Virus record (IMG/VR): IMGVR_UViG_3300028591_000074
Span: 64,001-128,000 of that record
Reading direction: 5' to 3' (one strand)
Source of the DNA: a virus
Lineage: Duplodnaviria; Caudoviricetes
Length of the DNA stretch: 64,000 nt
The translations under genes and the position numbers were made by a program. This document shows positions 1-7,979 of this stretch, piece after piece. Position 1 is the first letter of the stretch; the number at the start of each line of letters is the position of its first letter. The notes below the pieces were generated by a model that worked only from the letters and a program-made list of their open reading frames with translations, did not search any database and was not told the origin of the DNA.

Positions 1-1061
1 AAGAAATTAAGGAACAGATTCAGGCATATTGTCAGTTACAGTTTACAGAAGATGAATTGGGATATCTAGATAGTATACCTTGGCTGAAAGGAAGTTACAT
101 TGATTTTCTTCGTTTGTGGAGACCAAGGTATGAAGATTTTGAAATTACTACAGATGCTGAATGCGGTCTTTCCATTGAAACAAGAGGTACATGGCTGAAC
201 ACATCTATGTACGAAATCCCTACACTTGCTATTGTAAATGAAGTATATTTCCGGATGGCTTACAATTATGATGAACTTCTAGCAAGTTTTAAGGAACGAT
301 TGGATGAAAAGTATAATAAGTTGCATAAGTCTATCTGGTATGCAGGTACCTTTTCGGAGTTTGGACTTCGGCGTAGACTTTCCGCAGAAGCACAGGAAAT
401 GGCTGTTGATAAGTTTTCACATCTGAATGACACTATGCACGCATCTTCTAAGTTCATCGGAACTTCTAATGTATACCTTGCAAAGAAATTTGGTGTAAAG
501 CCTGTAGGAACTATGGCACACGAATGGATCATGTGTACAGGTCAGGGAAATCACAAACATAATCCAGCATATTCTAACTGGTATGCACTGGATGCCTGGG
601 TTAAGGAATATGGTGTGCTAAATGGTATTGCGCTTACGGATACTATCACAACAGATTGCTTCCTTAAGGATTTCCAGCTTACATATGCTACTTTATTTTC
701 TGGTGTACGGCATGATTCTGGAGACCCATATGCTTGGGGTGATAAGATCATCAAGCATTATGAATCACTCGGTATTGATCCGAAGACTAAGACCCTTCTG
801 TTCTCTGACAGTCTTGATTTTGAACGTGCAGACAAACTCTTCCGCTACTTTAATCCGAAAACAAATGTAGCATTCGGCATTGGAACATATCTTGCAAATG
901 ATACGTGTGTTCCTCCGCTGAATATTGTTATGAAGACAACTCTGTGCAACGGACAGCCGATAGCTAAATTGTCCGATGTAGACGGAAAGGGTATGTGCAA
1001 AGATGCAGAATATGTAGATTATCTCAAAAGAACAATTCAGTGGCGTATTGATCATGAGTGA
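1..1061 (+). CDS. pncB: Nicotinate phosphoribosyltransferase (5'-partial; frame open from window start)
   Basis: EFGLRRR, GTSNV, GTMAHEW, GVRHDSGDP, FSDSL, FGIGT and KLSD motifs of the NAPRTase family. Confidence 0.9.
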   Translation, partial: EIKEQIQAYCQLQFTEDELGYLDSIPWLKGSYIDFLRLWRPRYEDFEITTDAECGLSIETRGTWLNTSMYEIPTLAIVNEVYFRMAYNYDELLASFKERLDEKYNKLHKSIWYAGTFSEFGLRRRLSAEAQEMAVDKFSHLNDTMHASSKFIGTSNVYLAKKFGVKPVGTMAHEWIMCTGQGNHKHNPAYSNWYALDAWVKEYGVLNGIALTDTITTDCFLKDFQLTYATLFSGVRHDSGDPYAWGDKIIKHYESLGIDPKTKTLLFSDSLDFERADKLFRYFNPKTNVAFGIGTYLANDTCVPPLNIVMKTTLCNGQPIAKLSDVDGKGMCKDAEYVDYLKRTIQWRIDHE

Positions 1062-1807
1062 GGTGCTATATGGAAGATTACAATAAACTGAAAGATGATA
1101 TAATTAAAAATATCAGAGATTGGTTTGATAAAAATGGTTCAACAGCAACCGCAGTTATCGGTATATCCGGTGGTAAAGATTCTACTGTGGCAGCGGCATT
1201 ACTGGAAGAAGCTCTTGGAAAAGATAGAGTATTAGGTGTTATGATGCCAAATGGTATTCAGCCGGATATATCGGATTCTGAACGAGTGATAAAGATTTTA
1301 GGTATTCGCAGTATAACAGAAAACATCAATACCATTTATGCCACCTTTATACAACAACTTATGATGACAGGAATCAATGTTAGTAAAGATACTACAATAA
1401 ATCTTCCACCTAGATTGCGAATGGCTACACTATATGCAATTGCACAAAGTTTACCTGAGGGTGGCAGAGTTATCAATACTTGCAACTACTCAGAGGACTA
1501 CGTGGGGTATAGTACAAAATATGGTGATTCCGCTGGGGATATTTCTATTCTTGGAAATTGCTTTGTCAGTGAAGTCATAGGAATTGGTGATGCACTTGGA
1601 CTTCCGTATGATCTTGTACATAAAGCACCATCGGATGGACTTTGTGGTAAAACAGATGAAGATAGGTTCGGATTCACCTATGATGACATAGAAACATATG
1701 TTCTAACCGGAACAACAGGAAATGCGGAAATTGATGCTAAAATCTTGAAAATGCACAAGGCATCCAGACATAAATATACTGAAATGTACAATTGCACACA
1801 GAGATAA
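1058..1807 (+). CDS. nadE: NH3-dependent NAD+ synthetase (start probably ATG 1070)
   Basis: GISGGKDS P-loop, RLRM, GYSTKYGD, KAPSDGL..TDE motifs; no glutaminase domain. Confidence 0.9.
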   Translation: MRCYMEDYNKLKDDIIKNIRDWFDKNGSTATAVIGISGGKDSTVAAALLEEALGKDRVLGVMMPNGIQPDISDSERVIKILGIRSITENINTIYATFIQQLMMTGINVSKDTTINLPPRLRMATLYAIAQSLPEGGRVINTCNYSEDYVGYSTKYGDSAGDISILGNCFVSEVIGIGDALGLPYDLVHKAPSDGLCGKTDEDRFGFTYDDIETYVLTGTTGNAEIDAKILKMHKASRHKYTEMYNCTQR

Positions 1808-1809
1808 TT

Positions 1810-1852
1810 TATGCGCAGTGGTAAAAATATCGACATTTTGCTACTGCGCATA
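1810..1852 (+). terminator. Stem-loop after nadE
   Basis: tatgcgcagtgg...ctactgcgcata inverted repeat. Confidence 0.6.
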
Positions 1853-1937
1853 TTCTATATCGTGTATCAGATTTTTGAACAATCACAAGATTGTGTGTGA
1901 TTTTTGTAGAAAATATATAAATTTTCTGACAATTTTA

Positions 1938-1967
1938 TTGACTTTTGGTAAAAATCGTTGCTATAAT
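1938..1967 (+). promoter_or_regulatory. Sigma70-type promoter for the sigma-factor gene, overlapping an AAATCGTT motif
   Basis: TTGACT-N18-TATAAT with TG extension. Confidence 0.6.
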
Positions 1968-2061
1968 GGAAATGTCTGATATAAGGTTAGATTTTTGTAT
2001 AACCACGCACAGGATTCCGAACAGGTGTGCGTGTCTTTACATTTTGGGGGATAAACCTTAA

Positions 2062-2826
2062 ATGACTAAGAACGAACAAATTAAGCAACGAACCAGAGAA
2101 TTATATCTTTCGTTGCCACAGGATAAAGCGGCTCGGATGGCAAGAACTGATGTACGAGATGAAGTTCTTCAACTGAATTATACTTTCTTTGGATTTGTGG
2201 CATCACATACATTCGTAAACAATTCTTCTATTTCTTATGAAGATAAATTCCAATCAGCATGTATGCATTTTTGTGAAATATGGTGGCAGTATCTTTGGCA
2301 GGGTGATGAAACCCATAGGGGATATCGTCAGGATCTTTCTTTTAGTGTGTTTTTCAAACCAAGAATAGGCGAAATGATAGGACGGGAGTTGAATACAGTC
2401 AAATATTCAATTCGCCGTTCTTTGTGTATGGAAGTAGGAAAAATGGTTGGAAAACATTGGGGTAAGGTTACTTATGAAGATTTATTTGATCCAAGGGTAC
2501 AACTTCCACCGGATAAGATGGCATCGCTAAAAACAATCTTCTGCACACTTTGTCCAGCAGACATTGAAGATTACATGATATTTATAGAATCACCCAAAGT
2601 AGATACTACTATGGATTCCCTACTCACAGATGATTATGATTCTATCGAAGAATTACTTATTCAGGAAATGTTAGAAACAGAAGAACGTATGACAGAAGAT
2701 AAATTGAAAGAGATGGCTGAAATATATCAGGTAAATATACAACAACTTCGTGATGCATTACCAGAAGCAGAAGCAACCCTGCATAAAAGATTACATGATA
2801 GTATGGATTTGCACTTTGATGAGTGA
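2062..2826 (+). CDS. Phage-encoded sigma70-family factor
   Basis: Region-2-like RDEVLQLNYTF...YEDKFQSA...SFSVFFKPRI and a C-terminal HTH-like segment. Confidence 0.7.
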   Translation: MTKNEQIKQRTRELYLSLPQDKAARMARTDVRDEVLQLNYTFFGFVASHTFVNNSSISYEDKFQSACMHFCEIWWQYLWQGDETHRGYRQDLSFSVFFKPRIGEMIGRELNTVKYSIRRSLCMEVGKMVGKHWGKVTYEDLFDPRVQLPPDKMASLKTIFCTLCPADIEDYMIFIESPKVDTTMDSLLTDDYDSIEELLIQEMLETEERMTEDKLKEMAEIYQVNIQQLRDALPEAEATLHKRLHDSMDLHFDE

Positions 2827-2831
2827 GAAAA

Positions 2832-2870
2832 TGCCCTGCAATCAGAAAGGGGGTGAACTGACTACAGGGC
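2832..2870. terminator. Hairpin between convergent genes
   Basis: gccctgcaatcag...ctgactacagggc. Confidence 0.5.
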
Positions 2871-2899
2871 GAAGGGTAAAATATGGAATAAGAAAAGCT

Positions 2900-3292
2900 C
2901 TAATTACTTAATGAATCATATAATTCCTGAGTTTCACATCTATCGTGGATTTGATATCCATTATGTTTTCTACCATCGTACATAGGATCTATGATTTTAT
3001 ATCCATCATCAATATAATCCTGTAATGCAAAATAAGTATCTACTGGACCATAATATGGCGCATAGATTGGATTTGATCGAATATACTTTTGAAACTTGCA
3101 CGGTATATAAACAGGATCGTCAAAAACGCCATATAAAACTATATAACCTCTGAAGGAATCAGATTCTACAGGATATTCTTTATAGTTTCTTGCTTCCCAA
3201 TCAATTTGCTCCCACAGATCGATGTCTTCCTGTGACCATCCATCAAATTCCTTATACATTGAACTTTTAATATATCTTTTCATAATAGACAT
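2900..3292 (-). CDS. Acidic hypothetical protein with MKRYIKSS leader
   Basis: ORF with SD; leader shared with neighbouring genes. Confidence 0.7.
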   Translation of the reverse strand: MSIMKRYIKSSMYKEFDGWSQEDIDLWEQIDWEARNYKEYPVESDSFRGYIVLYGVFDDPVYIPCKFQKYIRSNPIYAPYYGPVDTYFALQDYIDDGYKIIDPMYDGRKHNGYQIHDRCETQELYDSLSN

Positions 3293-3349
3293 CTCACTCC
3301 TATCTTGTTACATGTATATGTAATTCCATTATATGCATGTGAATCTTAA

Positions 3350-3556
3350 TTACCTAATAAGTTCCCCATCAACATAGTTTTCATCAGTAATTCCCCAATA
3401 TTCCAGAAGTTCACCACAACTATCCTGCCAGTTCCCAAGTTTCTCAATACACTCTTGTTCGGAATCTCCAGAAGCTAGACGAGTTCCGCCATTTGCATAT
3501 TTACCGCAGAAATAGTACGGAAATAAAAGTTCTGATGATTTAATATATCTTTTCAT
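3350..3556 (-). CDS. Small acidic protein with MKRYIKSS leader
   Basis: ORF with SD; identical leader. Confidence 0.7.
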   Translation of the reverse strand: MKRYIKSSELLFPYYFCGKYANGGTRLASGDSEQECIEKLGNWQDSCGELLEYWGITDENYVDGELIR

Positions 3557-3594
3557 AATAAATTCCTCACTATCTATCTTGATTAAAAACTACA

Positions 3595-3987
3595 TTATGG
3601 TGAATTAACTCCACCCTTCTGTTTAGTTCTCTTATCACCTGTCAGTTTTGCAAACGTATATTTTCCACGGATGTATTGCCAGAAAAAATGTCCTTTGGAT
3701 GGACTCGTATGCCACTTCTGATATATCTTTGTGGGAACGTCATAAAAAACATACACATCCCCGGGTCCACCCTTTCTCCCTTTAAATTGCACATATACAT
3801 CACCAACCCTATCTTGATTTCCTTTGACATTGATGTTATATGCCCAAATATTAGAAGATTTAACACGAACCATATTCTTCGTAATATCTCTGGAAGAAAT
3901 GGCAGCGGTGATAACTTCCCTACGATCCGTAGGGTGCATACACATTTGTATAATTGTTGTTGGAATTGTTCTGTGTATAATACGCAT
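3595..3987 (-). CDS. KTSC-domain protein
   Basis: VKSSNI...VYVQF...YVFYDVP...SPSKGHFFWQYIRGKY matches the KTSC pattern. Confidence 0.75.
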   Translation of the reverse strand: MRIIHRTIPTTIIQMCMHPTDRREVITAAISSRDITKNMVRVKSSNIWAYNINVKGNQDRVGDVYVQFKGRKGGPGDVYVFYDVPTKIYQKWHTSPSKGHFFWQYIRGKYTFAKLTGDKRTKQKGGVNSP

Positions 3988-4019
3988 TTAAATAAAACCC
4001 CATCTAAAGATAGTCTTAC

Positions 4020-4262
4020 TTATAGATAAGGTTTTAATTCTTTTCGATATTTCTTAGAATACTTTTTGAGTATAGCAGATACAATTTCTGTATTCGCTTG
4101 TGATTTTCCACAGGAGTATGAGATGTACCAATCCTTTGGAAGTAAGTAATCCGCAAGAAATTGAATCGCAGTATCACTATCCATCCCTGGTGGAAATATG
4201 TTATTAGAATCCTGATTTTTATTTAACCAGTCGGTAAAAGATGTAGTGTCTATATCTTTCAT
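4020..4262 (-). CDS. Hypothetical protein
   Basis: ORF with GGAGG SD. Confidence 0.65.
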   Translation of the reverse strand: MKDIDTTSFTDWLNKNQDSNNIFPPGMDSDTAIQFLADYLLPKDWYISYSCGKSQANTEIVSAILKKYSKKYRKELKPYL

Positions 4263-4290
4263 AGCAACACCTCCTGTAATAAGTATAAAA

Positions 4291-4371
4291 TGCGGATAGA
4301 GGGACTCGAACCCTCACGAGTTTCCCCAATAGATCCTAGGTCTATCATGTCTTCCGTTCCACCATATCCGT
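4291..4371 (-). tRNA. tRNA-Leu (anticodon TAG)
   Basis: Cloverleaf with ATAGA-CC TAG GA-TCTAT anticodon arm, variable arm and GGTTCGAGTCC T-arm; 1:72 mismatch. Confidence 0.8.
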
Positions 4372-4378
4372 GATTATA

Positions 4379-4807
4379 TTACATACCGTACTCAAAAGCA
4401 TCTATTTCAGGATTTCCTGTAATTTCTGCGATATGGTAATGATGATCTACAACAATATCGTATCTACTACTATATAGTTCAAATGCATCAATTATCTTCT
4501 TCAAAGTATCTAAATCTTTTGAAACAGTTTTGCTACAAACAATTTCGTAACACATAGTCCTAATATTATAGACAACTCTACCACGTTCAATGGACTTGTA
4601 TCCCTTTGGTATTTGATCTCCTGCACCAAAGTCATTCATCAGTCTTCGCCATTCTGTAAGATGATTCTTAAATGCATCATAATGAATGAACGATCCGTCA
4701 TTATATCCATTGTCAAGTGATACTAAATCTGCAATCACTTCTGAATTGTATATCCACCATATACCTACATATCCGGAAGTCATACCACCTTTTATGTATC
4801 TCTTCAA
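4379..4807 (-). CDS. Hypothetical protein with (M)KRYIKGG leader, inserted among tRNAs
   Basis: ORF; leader resembles those of 2900 and 3350. Confidence 0.7.
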   Translation of the reverse strand: MKRYIKGGMTSGYVGIWWIYNSEVIADLVSLDNGYNDGSFIHYDAFKNHLTEWRRLMNDFGAGDQIPKGYKSIERGRVVYNIRTMCYEIVCSKTVSKDLDTLKKIIDAFELYSSRYDIVVDHHYHIAEITGNPEIDAFEYGM

Positions 4808-4828
4808 TGTACATCACCTACCTTTCTT

Positions 4829-4878
4829 CAGGATATTGAACGCTCATCCTGCGTGTCTGCCAATTTCACCATATCCGC
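4829..4878 (-). pseudogene. 5' fragment of a tRNA-Leu-like gene
   Basis: GCGGATATGGTGAAATTGGCAGACACGCAGGA...TCCTG with no T-arm following. Confidence 0.6.
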
Positions 4879-4889
4879 AAACATATGAA

Positions 4890-5211
4890 TAATCTCGCCT
4901 TACGCAAATCTACTTTACGCCTAGACACTGTTAGTTGGTCTGCGTAGCCACTCCTAAACCTATCCCCTCAATCGCTGTAATTTGAGATTATTCATCTGTT
5001 ACCTACATTATCTCCTGAGATTCATGCTGACAGTTCACTAAGAGGGTACAGACTCTCTATCTCAGTAACTTCCTGTAGGGTTTTCAGTAGTATCTGCAGC
5101 AAGCAATTAGCCCACCCATCTGTACTTACCCCGATTTATCGTATCGGTAGGATCGAATAACGTATCTACTGTGACTCCTTGGTATATATCGTTTCAACCT
5201 TGGCAGTAGAT
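4890..5211 (-). ncRNA. Candidate structured ncRNA between tRNAs
   Basis: No ORF of 60 aa or more, raised GC, several stems such as ATCTACTG/CAGTAGAT. Confidence 0.4.
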
Positions 5212-5213
5212 AA

Positions 5214-5286
5214 TCGGAAGGGTGAGAGTCGAACTCACGGCAACAGGTTTATAAGACCTGCCCCATCACCGCTTGGGTACCTTCCG
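5214..5286 (-). tRNA. tRNA-Ile (anticodon TAT)
   Basis: CGGAAGG/CCTTCCG acceptor, CAGGT-CT TAT AA-ACCTG anticodon arm, A73. Confidence 0.8.
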
Positions 5287-5295
5287 TGCAATGAT

Positions 5296-5631
5296 TTATA
5301 TAGCATCTAAATCATCAATATTAGATTCGTTCAGCTCTATCAACATATTGATAGTCCTGTACAGTTTCTTTAACTTGCTATCTACGATCAATTTTCGAGC
5401 TTTCTCATCATCTCGTTCAAATGAAAATACATGCGACCCAATCTGTGACCACGTATCACGCAGTATGATTTCTTGGGAACCAAAATCAGAATGATGGAGT
5501 GTGCAGTAATCTCCTCTCCATTCAACCTCTCTAGTTTTATGTTCAATCTTCATGGGATGGCTGAACGAATTCAGATTATAATCATGTACGTGTGTAACAA
5601 CTTTCTGTACCATAATAGCCCCTCCTTCCAT
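5296..5631 (-). CDS. Hypothetical protein
   Basis: ORF just downstream of a sigma70 promoter. Confidence 0.6.
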   Translation of the reverse strand: MEGGAIMVQKVVTHVHDYNLNSFSHPMKIEHKTREVEWRGDYCTLHHSDFGSQEIILRDTWSQIGSHVFSFERDDEKARKLIVDSKLKKLYRTINMLIELNESNIDDLDAI

Positions 5632-5669
5632 GCTCTTGCACTATTGATACATGTTTCTATCTGTATATA

Positions 5670-5698
5670 AGTATATACTATATTGATAAGATTGTCAA
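5670..5698 (-). promoter_or_regulatory. Sigma70 promoter
   Basis: TTGACA-N17-TATACT. Confidence 0.7.
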
Positions 5699-5760
5699 TA
5701 AAAATTTTAGTAGGATTTTTCTTTATGTTATATAAATTTAACTCCTCTTATACTTCAATT

Positions 5761-5773
5761 ATTATAACGATTT
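5761..5773 (-). promoter_or_regulatory. Class-A phage promoter motif AAATCGTTATAAT (exact copies also at 16748, 20258, 29319, 37798, 42617, 51459)
   Basis: Seven identical 13-mers, all on the minus strand and at intergenic positions upstream of genes or RNAs. Confidence 0.75.
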
Positions 5774-6240
5774 ATCCATTTAGTATTTTATTACAAAATG
5801 CCTTAACTTCCTTAAAGGATTCAAATCTGGCACCTTCCGGTGTTACTACTGAGTATACATAATATGCATCCTTAAAACCAGAAGAATCAATTACAATATC
5901 AATTCCAAGTTCCTTATATTTCTTAATTACAGATTTCTCAAACAAACATATCACCTCAAATCAAAAATGTAAGTGCCGGATGATTATTCCGGCACTTAAT
6001 TGTATGTTACTCTGTTGGTTTTGTAAAGTGTCCTAAAATCTCTGTCAGAAGTTTCAACTTATACTCTTCAATAGATTCCAGGTGTTCAATTCCTTCATCA
6101 TCGAATACTAAGGAATTAAAACCCTTCATCCGATAAAGTCTTTTTGGTGTAAGATCATCATCTGCGGAAGATACATAGATTTCTTCAACTTCGACTATAA
6201 ACTTAGAACCTACCCGTGCTATTGGTTGCATACAATTCAC
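5772..6240 (-). CDS. Two small hypothetical proteins (5772-5954, 6007-6240) separated by a hairpin at about 5970-5999
   Basis: ORF track; taagtgccgga...tccggcactta inverted repeat. Confidence 0.55.
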
Positions 6241-6247
6241 TCACTTT

Positions 6248-7549
6248 CTAGAAGAAACTTTCCTCATTCGGATTGGATAAAATCTTTTGCTTATTTTCGA
6301 CAAATTCACGGTCTGTTACATAACCGTCCTTATCAAAGTGATAATCAATTCCACGAATCTTTACTGTACGGTTTTTAGCAATCCATCCATGATCGTCCTT
6401 GAACCACCACTTACTTCCATCTTTATTCTTATGCCAGCTTGCCGGATATTGATAATCAAATCTACCTGTCTTACCAACATGCCAATAGCCCTTATCCGGC
6501 TTTTCTGGATGGTCATCATATATCCAACCGTCCTTTGCTAAACTACCATCAGCAAAACACCAGTACCAATGCCCATTTGAATGCTTTGTCCATCCAGTAG
6601 TCATCTTACCACTCTTATCAAAATGATACTTCTCTTTCTTCCAAGTGATCCACTTATTAGATACCATTGCACCATTCTTTCCGAAGTAGTACCAATCTTT
6701 CTTAATCTGATACCAGTAGGTAGCCATCTTTCCATTGGACTTCAGATAGTAGCGGTTTCCATCATCCTTCAACCAGCCTGTTTGCATTGTGCCATTCTTA
6801 TTGAAGTAGTACCACTCTTTATCAATCTTCTTCCAACCTGTTGCAAGTTTGCCATTGGCAAGATAGTAGCACCAAGTACCATCATAATTTTTAACCCATC
6901 CACGTTTTGTCATAAGTTCATAAACATCGTTACGAACATCTGTCATATCTTTTCCAATCAGGGATGGGAACCAATCGTAAATATCATCGTGATTTGATCC
7001 AAGTCCGAGTTTGTAGGAATCATAATGACACAAAATATTTGGTACGATTACACCATTCTTTTTATGTGTACCCTTAGGATCAATTTTGTATTTTTCGCAC
7101 AACCAAGCGGTGCATTTCACGGCTTCGTCATAAACTTTCTGAGCATATACTTTATCATTCTTCGCATCTTGACAGATTTCGAATTGAATCGCACAATCAT
7201 TTTCAGATCCATATTTTCCGGATCCACACCCCCATGGTCGCATATCCCACGGAAGAACCTGACACGTCAGCACATTTCCATCCTTGTCAACCCCAATGAA
7301 AGCATTCACACCGGCTTGTCTGTCAGAATGATTCCAATCATTCCCATTTGGGTTTTTGCCAATGATATTGATAATTTTCTGATAGTCCTTATCGGAAGTC
7401 AACGGTTGTACGTATCGTCTGATATTTCTGTTATTGCATCCCGTATCATGCCAGAGAACGGATTTAGGGTCATCCTTCATCCTATAGCTCTTTTTGTAGC
7501 AGGTAGAGTTTGTCATAATACATTTTAAATATTTCCAATCAATTGCCAT
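6248..7549 (-). CDS. Endolysin: N-acetylmuramoyl-L-alanine amidase plus cell-wall (choline-binding-type) repeats
   Basis: WHDTG...IQFEIC...LCHYDS...NHDD zinc-amidase motifs; C-terminal GW..WYYF..NG.M repeats. Confidence 0.9.
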   Translation of the reverse strand: MAIDWKYLKCIMTNSTCYKKSYRMKDDPKSVLWHDTGCNNRNIRRYVQPLTSDKDYQKIINIIGKNPNGNDWNHSDRQAGVNAFIGVDKDGNVLTCQVLPWDMRPWGCGSGKYGSENDCAIQFEICQDAKNDKVYAQKVYDEAVKCTAWLCEKYKIDPKGTHKKNGVIVPNILCHYDSYKLGLGSNHDDIYDWFPSLIGKDMTDVRNDVYELMTKRGWVKNYDGTWCYYLANGKLATGWKKIDKEWYYFNKNGTMQTGWLKDDGNRYYLKSNGKMATYWYQIKKDWYYFGKNGAMVSNKWITWKKEKYHFDKSGKMTTGWTKHSNGHWYWCFADGSLAKDGWIYDDHPEKPDKGYWHVGKTGRFDYQYPASWHKNKDGSKWWFKDDHGWIAKNRTVKIRGIDYHFDKDGYVTDREFVENKQKILSNPNEESFF

Positions 7550-7567
7550 AATAAATTACCTCCGACA

Positions 7568-7954
7568 TTAGAATAAGAATTCGTAATCTTCAAATCTCTT
7601 TGTAATTCGTTTCCTAACCTTTGTCATGATAAGTTCAAGGGCTTTATTCAGATCCTGTAACTTTTCAGGTGGGAATAAATCAAACCCAAGAGTTTGTTCT
7701 TCCGGTGTAACTTCAATCGTATCAACACGAATCTTATTTTGATAAGTTGTAATATTGATATTGATAGTCATCTCATTTAACTTCGTAAATTCAGGTGCAG
7801 TAAGATTATATGTTTTTCTTATATGCTCTGGAATTTCATAAACAACAATAAAATATACATCATACATATTTGTTGTCTTTTTGAACTTAAATGCACCATC
7901 AATATGACGATATAAGTAATTTCCTACTTTGTTTACTAATTGATTTGCTTCCAT
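7568..7954 (-). CDS. Hypothetical protein
   Basis: ORF with SD, in an operon with the endolysin. Confidence 0.65.
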   Translation of the reverse strand: MEANQLVNKVGNYLYRHIDGAFKFKKTTNMYDVYFIVVYEIPEHIRKTYNLTAPEFTKLNEMTININITTYQNKIRVDTIEVTPEEQTLGFDLFPPEKLQDLNKALELIMTKVRKRITKRFEDYEFLF

Positions 7955-7979
7955 ATATCCCTCCGAAGTTTAAATGTAG

